Assembly: GCF_006345805.1 (NCBI RefSeq)
Contig: NC_042997.1
Span: 90,272,001 to 90,336,000, forward strand
Direction: 5' to 3'
Length of the DNA stretch: 64,000 nucleotides
Source: Octopus sinensis
Taxonomy: Eukaryota
Shown here one piece after another: positions 51,593 to 64,000 of this stretch; the first letter of the stretch is position 1; each line of letters opens with the position of its first letter. The notes beneath the pieces are model-generated. The model did not search any database and was not told where the DNA came from. It saw only the letters and a program-made list of their open reading frames with translations. The position numbers were made by a program, and so were the translations under genes.

Positions 51593-51904
51593 TACTAGCG
51601 ACCAGCAAAACCTACCCTGCATTGGGCATTAACAACAGAGTTTGGTGGAATGCGCCAATAAATCTCCTCGGAGGTTTTTTGCCGAGTGAGAGATAGATGA
51701 ATGCGATGAGTTTTGTTATAGTTGGTACCAACGTTGTACTGTCAAACGACCGGGCAGAGCAGTATCTAGAGTCAAACTACAACAGCTATTTGCCGTTCTT
51801 TAACTCCAGTTCAATTCAGATCGCTTATATTTATGATCAAAGGCCTTAACCATGATCATCCTGTATTTTGTATATCTAGTGCTGTATTGTTCAATGTCTC
51901 CTTC

Positions 51905-52458
51905 TGCATCACCGGTCTAGAACCCCTATCTTGCCCAGGATATTAATCGTCTGGAAACCATTCAGCGACGTGCAACCAAGAGAATACCCTCCATCAGGCA
52001 TTTGCCATATTCTGAACGCTTTACTTCCCTGGGCATGGATACATTGAAACTCCGACGTCTGGCAGCTGACTTGGCAGACACCCATAAAATTATTAACTAT
52101 CTTACTAACAATAGCTCTGAGCACCTTTTCAAACTCCACCCATCTAACACCCGTGGACATGTTTACAATGTCAGAAAACAGCACAGCTGCCATGACTTTC
52201 GGAAACATTTTTTCACGCTAAGGGTTGCTGAAGCATGGAACAAACTGCCAGCATCAGTTCTTAGTTGTCGGAGCACTGCATCCTTCAAAACTTCCTGAGA
52301 TTCGTCAACACTACACCTTATTTTCTCCCCTCCATACACACGCAAGCATGTATCTGACTCATACACTGTTCACTTCCCAGACATTTGTACATTAATGCAT
52401 ATGCTTTATACGCACTTTTGACAAGTTGTGGTGCACCTGAGCGCTGTATACAATAATT

Positions 52459-52528
<70 letters not shown>

Positions 52529-52539
52529 CATTATTATTA

Positions 52540-52590
<51 letters not shown>
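51905..52590 (+). mobile_element. 5'-truncated CR1-clade LINE: ORF2 C-terminus, 3' UTR and (ATT)n tail
   Basis: PYLAQDINRLETIQRRATKRIPSIRHLPYSERFTSLGMDTLKLRRLAADL..HKI..NTRGH..RKHFFTLRVAEAWNKLP is the classic CR1 post-RT region; (ATT)n at 52458-52590. Confidence 0.9.
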
Positions 52591-52591
<1 letters not shown>

Positions 52592-52594
<3 letters not shown>

Positions 52595-52941
52595 TAGTTT
52601 TATTTTTTATAGCGTGCTTTCACTTCACTACCGAGCGCAGCTCTGTGTGCCTGGGTATGTGCTGTGATTTGTTGTGATGCTCTGATGGTTATTGTATGGA
52701 AAGTGTTCTGCGTAGGATGTGTGCAGTGCCTAGTAGTGCAATTTTCTGTATGTTATATGTGTTTGTAAGTCCTGGTGTTTTTGTTATGTATTGTCTGAAT
52801 ATTTTTTTATCATGCCTAATGCACCTACTACGATAGGAATTGTTTCTGTTTTTAGATTCCACATTCTGGTTACCTCCATTTCCAGGTCTTTGTATTTTGA
52901 AAGTTTCTCCATTTCTTTTAGAGACACGTTGTCATCTGCCG
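52592..52941 (-). mobile_element. 5'-truncated R4/Dong-type LINE (RLE C-terminus and 3' UTR) embedded in (ATT)n
   Basis: ADDNVSLKEMEKLSKYKDLEMEVTRMWNLKTETIPIVVGALGMIKKYSD/..NIQKIALLGTAHILRRTLSIQ* (stop at 52689-91); (ATT)n on both sides. Confidence 0.85.
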
Positions 52942-53065
<124 letters not shown>

Positions 53066-53322
53066 TATTTTATTATTATATTATTATCTTAAGATGGTGA
53101 TTGATTTAAGAGAAATGTGGCAGCTATTTTTAGTAGGTTAAGCATGCGCGTTACGGTTACTGAATATATTTACGCAAAAAAAAACATCCCCATGAAAGAT
53201 GAGCCAAAACTGGGTTTCAAAATTTTTTAGATTGCCCAGAAAAATTCACATAAAAACCTATAAAGGTACGTTGAAATGGTTTATCTTCGACCAGATTCCA
53301 ATACTGAGACAGTTTTTTCCAG

Positions 53323-53400
53323 ATCTACACAATTTGGAAAATACAGAAAATATTTGTCTTGCAAATATCACGTCCATTTTTGTCACGCACCTCACACCAG
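53323..53400 (+). CDS. Candidate isolated phase-1/phase-1 exon (78 nt), product unknown
   Basis: Acceptor TTTTTTCCAG|, donor CAG|GTAAAT, open frame xLHNLENTENICLANITSIFVTHLTP. No homology recognised. Confidence 0.2.
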
Positions 53401-53658
53401 GTAAATGAGAATTGAGACTATAGTCATTAGTTGTCCAGGAAACATATTAGCATTTCTTGAAATTTCAAGGGCAATGTACATAAACACCATATGGCTTTAA
53501 TGCTGCTATGGAGAAATTAAGAGGACTTAGAAGTTGATAATTTCAAGTGAGAAAAGGTATTTTGTTTGATGTCACATACGTCACACGTTTGGGACCATCC
53601 TTTTAATAAAAATTCAACATACATAGGCGCAGAAGTGACTGTGTGGTAAGTAGCTTGC

Positions 53659-55767
53659 GAGTCAGTGTTGTGTTTGGCACTGAAGCGGTGAAGACGTGCT
53701 TTTGAAGCCGTCTTGAATTGAAAAATTTTGAAGCCCCATTGTAAGGTAAGATTCTGTTTTCTGGGTCCGGTGGGAATTTTTGTTGAAAAATTGTTTTTTA
53801 CGGGCAGGAAGTCCTACTGGATTCAGAATTCTGATTCTGCCGACATGGGGCAAATATATTTTTCTCGCTGAATTGTGAGAATTTTTGTGGGGCGTATTCA
53901 TCTTCGATAATTGAGTGAATATTTTTCTCACCTAATTATGAAAACTGTATTGTGCTGTGAAGAACTTTTAGAATTGTGAGAACTGCTATATAGGGGAGTG
54001 TTTTGCCTCCGAAGTTTGAACAATTTTTACCAATTTTACACCAATTTTTGTGGGAGTTGTGTTCCAGTTGCGGCGTTCCGGGTTCAATTTAGGCCGGGAG
54101 TACCGAATGGCCAGAAGATTTTTTGCTGTTATTGACTTTCTTTTGAACTTTATTTGACTTTCTCCTTTTTATTTATTGTGACTTTCTGTTCATTTCTTCC
54201 CTTCTGTTGTGCTTTCTCCTTTTTTGTATCCTTCTTACCTTTTTTTAAAAACCTATCGTGAACTTTATTTGGACTTTGAACTTTTTTCACATGGAAAAGA
54301 AAAATGAAGCCACTGCTTTGGAGTGGGAGGTTGTCCCACCCAAGCAGTGGATTAAAGATCTTGAGAAGAGGACGGTGGTACTACGAACCTATTCTAGGTC
54401 GCGTGGGGCCATCGCCCTCTTCGACAAGAACATAATAGAAAAAGAGTTGGCAGACCACCTGCCAACTATAAAGTTTATTTCTCGAGGGACCAAATTTGCA
54501 ACGGTGTGGTTGCTGTTTGGTACCCTCGAAGAAGCTAGCAGATTTGCTAGCGATCCCCTTGAGGGAGAGGACGTTTTGTTCCTCCCCTCGTATTGTGGAA
54601 GAAAAATAAAAAGAGCCTGGGTGTGCGGGCTGCCCCCCGGGCACGGAGGCAGGATGGATCGAGGAGACTATCCAGCGAGGCCTGGGAAATAGTGGGTCCA
54701 GGCTTTTGAGTGTAAAAATTACTCCCGCGGTCGACTGGGAGGGGTCAAACGCAATTTTGACCCTGTGGACCCCGGTGGCCGTGGGGGAGATGATATTCCC
54801 AGACTTCCTGAGAATGGCCGGGCACATGTACCCGGTGATACTCGAGAGACGCCCCCCCCCAAGTATCACCTGTGCCTGGAGACCGGCCACATTAAGAAGA
54901 ACTGCCCCAGGGACCAAAGTAGGATCCTGGAGCAGTTAATGGTGGAATCTCTCCCTGCTCCCCCAATGGAGGGAGAGAACCAGAAGAGTGACGAGGAGGT
55001 TGTTACATCCTCAAAACGTAAAAGAAAGGCGGGCAACAATGGTGACCCACCGAAAGACCCGGGAGCCGCGGAAGAAAAAGAGGACCCGTTGTGTACACAA
55101 CAGGAACCTCACCCTCCCGCGGCCCAGGGAAAAAAGGAAGAAAAAAGAGAAACGGGACGCCGCCGGCGGATTGTAACACGCGGACGGCGTCTCCCAAGCC
55201 TCCTCAGGCGGGTGTGCCGCCGGAGGATAAATATGTGGTCCTCTTCCACAAAGGAGGAACCATTGAAAATGAGATAAGAAAAATGAAAAGGAGAGCCCAA
55301 TGGGAGGGACTTCGGTCCTGCACGGAGGACCCTGAGTGGCCTTCACAGGTGGCTGCGGAGGTCCTTTGGGATAGCGATCTGTGCAGGATTGTGAATTCCT
55401 TCCCGGAGACTCCTATAGATTTGTACCTGTGTGGTCTTGCCTGGAACCGGCTGAGTGCTTCAATAAAGCAAGAGGGCTGGTCGGCCGGGTGACCTGAACT
55501 TTTTGTATATTTTGAAGGAACATTGTATTATATTGAAACCTGAACTTTCTGTATATTTTAAAAGAACATTGTAAGAGGTTTATTGCCTCATTATGATTTG
55601 TTGAAAAAAGAACATTGTTTTAGAGAAGCGGAAGTCGGCGGGCACTTTCGTCTTCTCCCATCATCATCTTCGTTCCATCACCATCATTCATACCATTAAT
55701 GTCTGTGTCCAGCCCGCAAAGCTACATCTGTGTAATGCCCCTGTGGCAAATTAGATAAAATAAAATA
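53659..55767 (+). mobile_element. Tx1/L1-type non-LTR element of 2109 bp carrying ORF1 only
   Basis: 5' end GAGTCAGTGTTGTGTTTGGCACTGAAGCGGTGAAGACGTGCT resembles Tx1/L1 5' termini as I recall them. About 630-nt 5' UTR, ORF1, 275-nt 3' region ending (TAAAA)n. TSD AAGTAGCTTGC (53648-58) / AAGTAGGTTGC (55768-78). Confidence 0.8.
54291..55492 (+). CDS. LINE ORF1p (RRM-like region plus CCHC zinc knuckle plus acidic/basic low-complexity region), about 400 aa after repairing 3 homopolymer frameshifts
   Basis: MEKKNEATALEWEVV..RTVVLRTY..VCGLPP/GTEAGWIEETI..YPVILERRPP/KYHLCLETGHIKKNCP..KRKRK../..GWSAG*. Shifts fall at a C6 run (54633-38), a C9 run (54852-60) and an A-run (about 55130-55146). The first knuckle Cys is replaced by Tyr. 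Confidence 0.7.
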
Positions 55768-56498
55768 AAGTAGGTTGCTTACTAACCACATGGTTACGGG
55801 TTAGGGTTACGAATGTTTATAGCAAAAAATAAGTCCTGGGGTCGATTTGCTCGACTAAAGGCAGTGCTGCAACATGGCTACAGTCAAATGACTGAAACAA
55901 TTAAAAGAATAAAAAAGAATACATCCAAGTAAAAAAAAAAAGAAAAATGTTTAATTCTTGCCTAGAATTTAAGGCAGTGAACTGCTGGAATCATTAGCAC
56001 ATAGGACAAAATTTTTCCCAACTTCTTACGTTGTGAGTTCAAATTAGGCCTTTCATTCTTCGCTAATCGCTGAAATGACGACCAGTCAAGGACTAGGATT
56101 AGTGTAATCGACTTCCTCTTAATTTGCTAGCCTTGTACCGAAATTAGAAATTATGTTAGTGGAATTTTAAAGGTGACGTTTAGGTTTGCCCATCATCAGT
56201 CAGGAAGTATTTAATTTTGTTTGTGATTAGTGTATGTTATTTGTACGTTTATTTTGGCATTGCATTATACCATTGATATTGGTCCTATCATTTATATGTA
56301 ACACGCACTAACACGACGAGTGAAACCGCAAAAGTTCCAAAAACATTGTTAATAGATTTTGAAGTTGTAATACTCTAAACAGATTGCAAGGAATTCATAC
56401 TAAAACCTTAAAACAAGTATAAGCCAAAATACAGTATCTCATACATTTAAAAGAATAGCTGTTCACCCTACCCATCTCTATCTATCTATCTATCTATC

Positions 56499-56537
<39 letters not shown>

Positions 56538-56592
56538 GTGTCTGTCTGTCTGTCTGTCTGTCTTTCTTACTTTCTTTCTATCTATCTATCTC

Positions 56593-56645
<53 letters not shown>

Positions 56646-56734
56646 CATACATACATGTGTGTCCTTATAACAAGTCGTATATGAAAACAACTCTTTTTAC
56701 TGGAGTACATGTTTCTTAAACTTTTGCAAGAAGA

Positions 56735-57110
56735 AAAGTGACTGATTTCAAAGCTCAGCCTGCTAGCCTTCATCAGACAGATCTACGCTTGGGTTTCTTT
56801 TGGCTTTATATAATCTTTGGCAAGTTGCTTTATTGAGGTATGTGGAGCTGTGCGGAATGATAATTATGCTTGGTGTATATAGGTACGGGAATTAGATGTG
56901 TAGGAGAGGAGACAGAAAACGAAGATTGAGGTATATTTGTAGGCGGTTGGTTATTGTTGGACGATTTTGCTTAGTTTGATATAGTAATTGTGTTATTGTT
57001 TAAAGTTCAGTCAAGCGTGGAATAACCGTGTTCACAGATGTGTCCAATTTAGGTGTGTCACGAGATTCTTTATATAGAAAGTTGTGTTTTGTTGTTTGAA
57101 ATGAGTCTCT
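56735..57110 (-). mobile_element. Decayed PLE-like 3' end with a degenerate hammerhead core
   Basis: Minus strand GT-CTGATGA-AGGCTAGCAGGCTGAGCTTT-GAAA-TCA-GTC-AC at about 56738-56778: core and stem II recognisable, stem I only 2 bp. Confidence 0.4.
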
Positions 57111-57233
57111 AGTTCATGTTTCTTTTTCTTCTTCTTCTTCTTCTTCTTCTTCTTCTTCTTCTTCTTCTTCTTCTTCTTCTTCTTCTTCTTCAACCGCTGC
57201 TGCTATCACTCCTCCTCCTCCTCCTCCTACTAC

Positions 57234-57269
<36 letters not shown>

Positions 57270-57557
57270 ATCACTATCATCATCCTAATGATCCTAATCA
57301 TCATCATCGTCATGATCATCATTGTCATCGTCATGATCATCGTTGTCATCGTCATCACCATCTCAAAGAAGGTTTTTGCTACGCCAGCATTTCTCTGTGA
57401 GTGGCAGTAATTAAATGCAGCGAGGGGCAGGGTGTACCGGGGTAGGGAGTCAGTATCTCATTTAATCATCCCCTTTCTTACCTTATCTTTTTCATTAGTC
57501 TGGTGCTTCGCATTGAAATCCTTTTGACACCCACACATATAGACATGCAAAAAAGTG

Positions 57558-57595
<38 letters not shown>

Positions 57596-57599
57596 GCAT

Positions 57600-57836
57600 G
57601 TACATGCAAATGTGAACATATACATATAATTATGTGGAAACACAAACTCACATGTGCATGTTCGTGTATATATGTATACACATACACACACATATATATA
57701 TACATATATACATACATGTATACAAACGGGTATATAGACGTATGAGTAAACACCCGCGCGCACATGTTTACTTATATGTCTATATACATTTACATACCTT
57801 TATATGCATGTATATATGTATATATATGTGTGTATG

Positions 57837-57882
<46 letters not shown>

Positions 57883-57931
57883 AGTGTAGAGGTATATATA
57901 TATATATATAAATAGGTATATATATATGTAG

Positions 57932-58009
<78 letters not shown>

Positions 58010-58019
58010 AGTGTAGAGG

Positions 58020-58073
<54 letters not shown>

Positions 58074-58492
58074 TGTAGAGGTATATATATATATATACAT
58101 ATATACATACATGTATACAAACGGGTATATAGACGTATGAGTAAACACCCGCGCGCACATGTTTACTTATATGTCTATATACATTTACATACCTTTATAT
58201 GCATGTATATATGTATATATATGTGTGTATGTATATATATATATATGTAGCTATATATATATATATATACATACATTAATACATGAGTATGTGTATATAG
58301 ATATATATATATATAATATATATATATATAAATAGGTATATATATATGTAGCTATATATATATATATGTGTGTATGTATATATATATATATATGTGTGTA
58401 TATATATATATATAAATAGGTATATATATATGTAGCTATATATATATATATACATACATACACACACACACATATATATATATATATGTAGC

Positions 58493-58528
<36 letters not shown>

Positions 58529-58636
58529 AGTGTAGAGGTATATATATATATATATATACATACATACACACACACACACATATATATATACATACATACA
58601 CACACACACATATATATATATATATATGTGTGTATG

Positions 58637-58678
<42 letters not shown>

Positions 58679-58685
58679 AGTGTAG

Positions 58686-58734
<49 letters not shown>

Positions 58735-58770
58735 CATTAATACATGAGTATGTGTATATAGATATATATA

Positions 58771-58826
<56 letters not shown>

Positions 58827-58860
58827 CATACACACACACACATATATATATATATACATA
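57600..58860. repeat. Mosaic higher-order microsatellite with a duplication of about 150 bp and shuffled short modules
   Basis: ACATGTATACAAACGGGTATATAGACGTATGAGTAAACACCCGCGCGCAC.. at about 57715 and 58110; GAGTGTAGAGG x5; AAATAGGTATATATATATGTAGC x3; CATTAATACATGAGTATG x2. Confidence 0.85.
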
Positions 58861-59279
58861 TACCGTTGAATTATCTTTTCACACCTTTAACGACTTTATA
58901 TATAAACCGCATTCACCAATGTAAGCATTCTCCATATCGCTAGATTACTGATGGAATACATACATAATATATCCATATAATACATATTCATATATATAAG
59001 AGTGAGTGTGCGCGCGTTCGCGTGTATGTTTGTGTGTGCGTATGTATGTGTGTGTTTATCTGTGAATGTATGTTTGTACATACGTATACGTGTATACATA
59101 TAAATGCATAAAGATATATATGCATATACATACAAGATGATGATGGCGGTCCACTCGTAACCGAGAAGAACTCTTACTGACCTTTAGGAACACTGTGTGC
59201 TCAAGACTACCTTAAAAAATATAAATATATATTTAAAAAAAAAGCAATGCACATGTAAAGGAAAAAAGTCAGCAATGTC

Positions 59280-59700
59280 TGTGCAAAATTGTTAGATGCA
59301 ATATGGCTTGCACGACACCTCATAGACCCTCTCCACTCTATTGACATTATCCAGAGACAAGCCGTGTCAAGATGTCTGGTGCCAGTATGAGTTTGCAGGC
59401 TCAGGGATGTGGAACGCCATGAACTCAAACATAAGCAAAAGATCCCCAAAATTGTCCAATGCCACTCCCTGCATTTCTAGTTTTATATCAGAGTAGCCTT
59501 CTCCAAGAGACATGCTTCAACAAGACTCAAGGGGTGCCTCACTCCCAGGGGTCTTCCGGCACGCCAGACAACATCTCGGAATTTCTGCGTGCCCATAGTA
59601 TTGCTAAATAGTCGTTGAACCCGCACTAGGTTCGTCCGGCCTTTTAACAGGTTTTGCTGGAGTTCTAGCAGCCCTTCTCACCAGGCTAGCCAGGGGTGCC
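59280..59700 (+). mobile_element. Decayed CR1/L2-group LINE 3' end
   Basis: Weak frame-broken similarity (MQYG..LSTLL/DIIQRQAV..RDV), followed by a 3' UTR-like CCTTTTAACAGGTTTTGCTGGAGTTCTAGCAGCCC. Confidence 0.35.
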
Positions 59701-59711
59701 GGTTTAGTTTA

Positions 59712-59960
59712 AATGAGCCCTTTTAAAGCCTAGCCAGGCTCATGGGCCCGGTTTCCCGGTTTCAATGGCGTATGTGTTCCCCAGCTGGACGGGACGCCAG
59801 TCCATCGCAGCGTTACTCATTTTTGCCAGCTGAGTGGACTGGAGCAACGTGAAATGAAGTGTTTTGCTCAAGAACACAACGCGTCGCCCGGTCCAGGAAT
59901 CGAAACCCCAATCTTACGATCATAATGCTGACACCCTAACCACTAAGCCACGCGCCTCCA
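59712..59960 (-). mobile_element. Full-length, well-preserved CORE-like SINE (family C)
   Basis: Minus strand: TGGCTTAGTGG (A box), GTTTCGATTCC (B box), GTGTTCTTGAGCAAAACACTTCATTTCACGTTGCTCCAG, tail GGCTAGGCTTTAAAAGGGCTCATTTAAA. Confidence 0.9.
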
Positions 59961-60091
59961 CACATATTACATAGGTATAAAGAAAATCGAAAAACATAAT
60001 CACAAAAATGCAAAAAATAATTATGTATGTATGTATGTATGTATGTATGTATGTATGTATGTATGTATGTATGTATGTATGTATGTATGTA

Positions 60092-60122
<31 letters not shown>

Positions 60123-60367
60123 ATGTATGTATGATGTATGTATGTATGTGTATGATATATATATATATATGTATATTATTCTTATGCGAGAATGTTGTTG
60201 ACTGCAGTCCGACGATGGCTTAGCTGGTGAAACTTTGAAGTCACTGTCAACAACATTCATGTATAAGAATAATAAATTTGTAACCTACAAAAGTATAGAG
60301 TAACCCAGCAGATTAATGTAAATTTTTATTATAACGGAACGTAAAAGCGAACATTAACATGTGTGTT

Positions 60368-60445
<78 letters not shown>

Positions 60446-61110
60446 CATGCTAATGCATAGGATGCTACATTTTTAAAAGCTTGGACACTTGGACACTCAG
60501 GTAAATATGTCAGAATGGTTCTGAAATGAAGTATTAGTACGCGAGCAAAGAATTTTTTTTATGACCAAGACGTATTAAATGTCATATGTCTATATTCTTT
60601 AATTCCTTACTTCGGTAATTTGTTTTAACCGTCACATAAATCCATGATAGAGCACCGCTCTCAGAACAGCCTGTTCTATGCCCTTCGTCTCGTTTTCAGC
60701 GCAAGTATCAACGGACAACTTTTCAGCAGTGAGCCGTTGTTATGGTCACCTTTTATCCTCAAGTCAACCTTCATTGATTTCACTTATGATCGACATGTCC
60801 CAGCCTTTTCAATCATTGTTTTCGTATTTCAGTAGCGACGGATTTTGTCATAGCATGCGGTTGCCAATGAATATATGCTGCTGACAAAGCCCGAAGCGGC
60901 TAAGATGCACATCAAGCATTCTCACCGGTACTCCTTGACGATTTTAGTCTACTTCTGACATTCTTGTGCTTCTAAATGTAGTAAGTCCATAAGAGATATT
61001 ATCTCCGGACGAATACAGCTGTTAATTTGGTTTCCGTGATATATTTACATTATGTATCATACGCAGATGGCTACTTTAATATATAATACCGTTTCTGTTG
61101 CATATATATA

Positions 61111-61143
<33 letters not shown>

Positions 61144-61341
61144 CACTCGCACATACATATACAAATATAGTTTACTTCTCCGATAAGGTAAGGTCAACGA
61201 AAAAGTTATCCATCCAGTGAGAGATAAATATTGTTTAATGTACATAGTGTATAGCTATGAGTTACCGTTTCCTACATTGGAGGTGTTTTCTAGGTAGGTT
61301 TTTATACCAAGCTATCTCCGGGTTCTAAACACACACACGCG

Positions 61342-61408
<67 letters not shown>

Positions 61409-63698
61409 GTCAAATCACTCTTGAGTGTTACTGGTAACATGTCGGCCGGTACAACCAATGCGATAAAAAAAAAATTAGGCTCGTTAAACACAGCTAAACA
61501 CAGCCATCCATTTGTGAGCAAATATTCTTGTAAATCCCTGCTGAGTTGTTGGCATCCTTTGGTGGAAAGAGTGTAGGAGAACGCGCTCTGAAATTAAAAC
61601 TGGTGATATTCTCACTCAGCCAGTTTCAACAATAGCAAATAGGGACATCTCTCGATATGTTCCTATATTCTTTTCTTTGACTCTTAATGAATATGGAAAC
61701 ATCACGAGCTACTCATGATCCCAACATTAACTGGTGGAGACACCTCTTGAGTTTACTTCTCCGTTTCTCCCCCATTCTCTTACTGGGATCTTATCCACTC
61801 CTGTCGCCTTTCTAGCTGAAAATGACCTGGTGGCCATCAACACCACTTCTAGACATGGAACTCATCCATACTTATCTCGACGCATCATTTACTTACTTAT
61901 CCCCTCCAGCGCCCCTCCATACATACAGTAAAACAAAGACTTAGAAAACGTGCTGCAATATCACATGGTTAACATACTCTACTTCATTTCGTGATAAATT
62001 TAATTCTAGCTTTCATAGAGGAACACTTCCCAACCAGCCATAATTATTCAGGATTATTTCGTAGACATAATCTTAAAGTTACAATTAAACCAATAACATA
62101 TATAAAATCACACACATTCTGGAAATAAAGTTATATATTCAGGCAGAAACACTAACGCATTGCTATAATATATGTATTGCAGCGCAGATGACATCATTTA
62201 TGAAATGAAGCTTAATACCATAAAAACCTAACATATATGTAGCACTTCAGTGATACATTGACATTACGGAAGGGAAGTCTAATTAAAAATTCTAAGACTA
62301 TACTTCCTGTTTTTGACATATCGATATGAAAATACTGCAAAATTAGCCGACTACATCTGAAAATCAAAAGAAAAGTTTCAAAGTACACCATTTGATAAAA
62401 GACTTAAAAGAATGGTAATAAATGTGATTTTTCACTTCAAACAAACACCACTTCCTCAAAAGTCTACTATGATTAAGAAAAAGTAATTATGACTACTATT
62501 TGAATATTAAGTAGGAAATGTTTTGAAAGCACAGGCACATCCATTTAACTCACACACTCACCCGCACGTATATACATGAGGACATGCATTTCTATGACCT
62601 CGTTCTTAATTCTCATTTTCTTTCTTTCCCTTTTCTCTCGTTTATTTTTTATGTATTTTTTGTCAATTCTTTACTCGAATAATCACTCTTTTCTTCTCTT
62701 TTTTTAATCTACTTTTGATGTGTCTTACTTTTCTCTTTAATTCTTGAGATTTCATTGTACTGTTATATGGAAATAATTCAATTTTCACCATTTCAGATTT
62801 ATGAGCACAACGTAAACGGAAATGGTTTATTTTACTAAATTATTTGTCAGAAAAAGTAACAAATAACGGATCTGGTATGCTGAATATCCCCTAGACAGTA
62901 AACTTTGGAAAATCTTGTTTTTGCATGACTTTCTATACACATACATTACTCAGCATATTTGTACTGAGTGCGATGACTTTTTGCTGCACTTTGAGGTTTT
63001 GTGTGTGAAGTTTCCGCATAAATTGCTCGTCGCTATTTCAAGTTTTTCTAACTTGAAAGTTATCTTAGTAGAGCTCTCGGCGTATATTTTCTTACCTCAG
63101 TGAGGCAGGATTTTTCAGTAGTGTTTAAACACTCTCACGCTTTATCTTACCTCCCTCGTGACCGACTGCTTTTTTATAGTAAGACTTCAACAAAAATGAG
63201 TAGTCACAAAACATTTGGTCGCATTGTTCAATGGTATAAGAGATTTTTTCCGACAACGACGTGTAATATCACCAACTAATAGCATTATGTTATCTAGTCA
63301 TGTGAGAATTGGTTCTTGTTGTTCTTCTTTAACCATGGGTTAGCTTCTGATCATGCAGGTCCCTGACCAAAGTCATTCTATATTTGATCGTCTGAGCTTC
63401 TTTTGAGATATAGTTCGATATAACTAAATTATTAAATGCGTTCTTCCCTTAGGAGCTGGTTGTCTTGCTTAACCCCTAGTTGAGAAGACCGATGGGCGTT
63501 TTCAGCCACGACCATCCCTTCTTTGAATATATCCAGAATTACATTTGCCTATGCACATTTTATGCTTTTAAAGACGGTAGTATAATTTGAAAGAGTTTTT
63601 GATGTTATTTCTGGCAGGAGGGATTACTGCATAGATTCTTCATCGGGTGGCACGTGAGGAATTGGCTGAGAGACAAAGCAGAAAAGAAATTGTGGTTA

Positions 63699-63730
<32 letters not shown>

Positions 63731-64000
63731 AGGAAAGAAAGAAGGAAAGAAAGAAGGAAGGAAGGAAGGGAAGAAAGAGTATAAATGATTGAAAAAATTA
63801 GATTAGATTACAGAATTTCCTTTCACAACTTGAGAATGAGAAACTATTATTTATGCTGATATCAGCAAATCTATGCTTATAGAGACAGCCAACAGGGAAA
63901 TTCTCTCTTTCTCTTTATTTCTTCTATGTTACATTACAAACTTCCATGATTAACTGGTATCCATTTGTGTTGTCGTTATTGTTGTTGTTGGTGGTGGTGC

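Larger units (their letters stand above)
53625..55915 (+). mobile_element. Family-A SINE interrupted in its tRNA head by the Tx1/L1-like element
   Basis: AGGCGCAGAAGTGACTGTGTGGTAAGTAGCTTGC (53625-53658) resumes as TTACTAACCACATGGTT (55779 onward); the body is internally deleted and the tail runs to about 55915. Confidence 0.85.

Noticed and set aside
59880-59960. tRNA genes at SINE heads (also 293-365, 637-710, 4340-4407, 22620-22697)
   Set aside because: A and B boxes are present, but each continues into a SINE body and no complete cloverleaf acceptor stem was seen.
60620-60960. RTE-like IRKQ*LKRLGHV motif on the minus strand
   Set aside because: A single short motif with stops; insufficient evidence.
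61734-61931. Possible APE endonuclease relic (FLAENDLVAIN..RRIIYLLIP)
   Set aside because: Only vague similarity; catalytic motifs are absent.

Overview
Eukaryotic, AT-rich, extremely microsatellite-dense DNA made almost entirely of transposable-element debris. The SINE families look like those I recall from octopus genomes, so the source is probably an octopodid cephalopod (inference, not a database result). No host protein-coding gene can be confidently called. Almost all ORFs in the supplied track are artefacts of (TA)n/(CA)n/(TATG)n/(AAT)n repeats. Supported content: (1) a 2.1-kb Tx1/L1-type element that seems to carry only ORF1, inserted with an 11-bp TSD into a tRNA-derived SINE head (53659-55767); (2) Penelope-like element (PLE) remnants with GIY-YIG endonuclease (9417-9813, 29845-30165), a well-formed hammerhead ribozyme (10091-10178), and several short fold-back elements carrying hammerhead motifs, often ending in (TA)n tracts; (3) R4/Dong-type RLE LINE fragments, a CR1-type tail, mariner remnants, a near full-length DD37D/maT-like Tc1/mariner element, a hAT MITE and a Helentron-type non-autonomous element; (4) a Helitron helicase end fused to a 6-unit tandem array; (5) many tRNA-derived SINEs. 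Near-identical repeat copies differ mainly by 1-nt indels, so residual long-read consensus error is likely and frameshifts should be read cautiously. Coordinates were counted by eye and may be off by a few bases.
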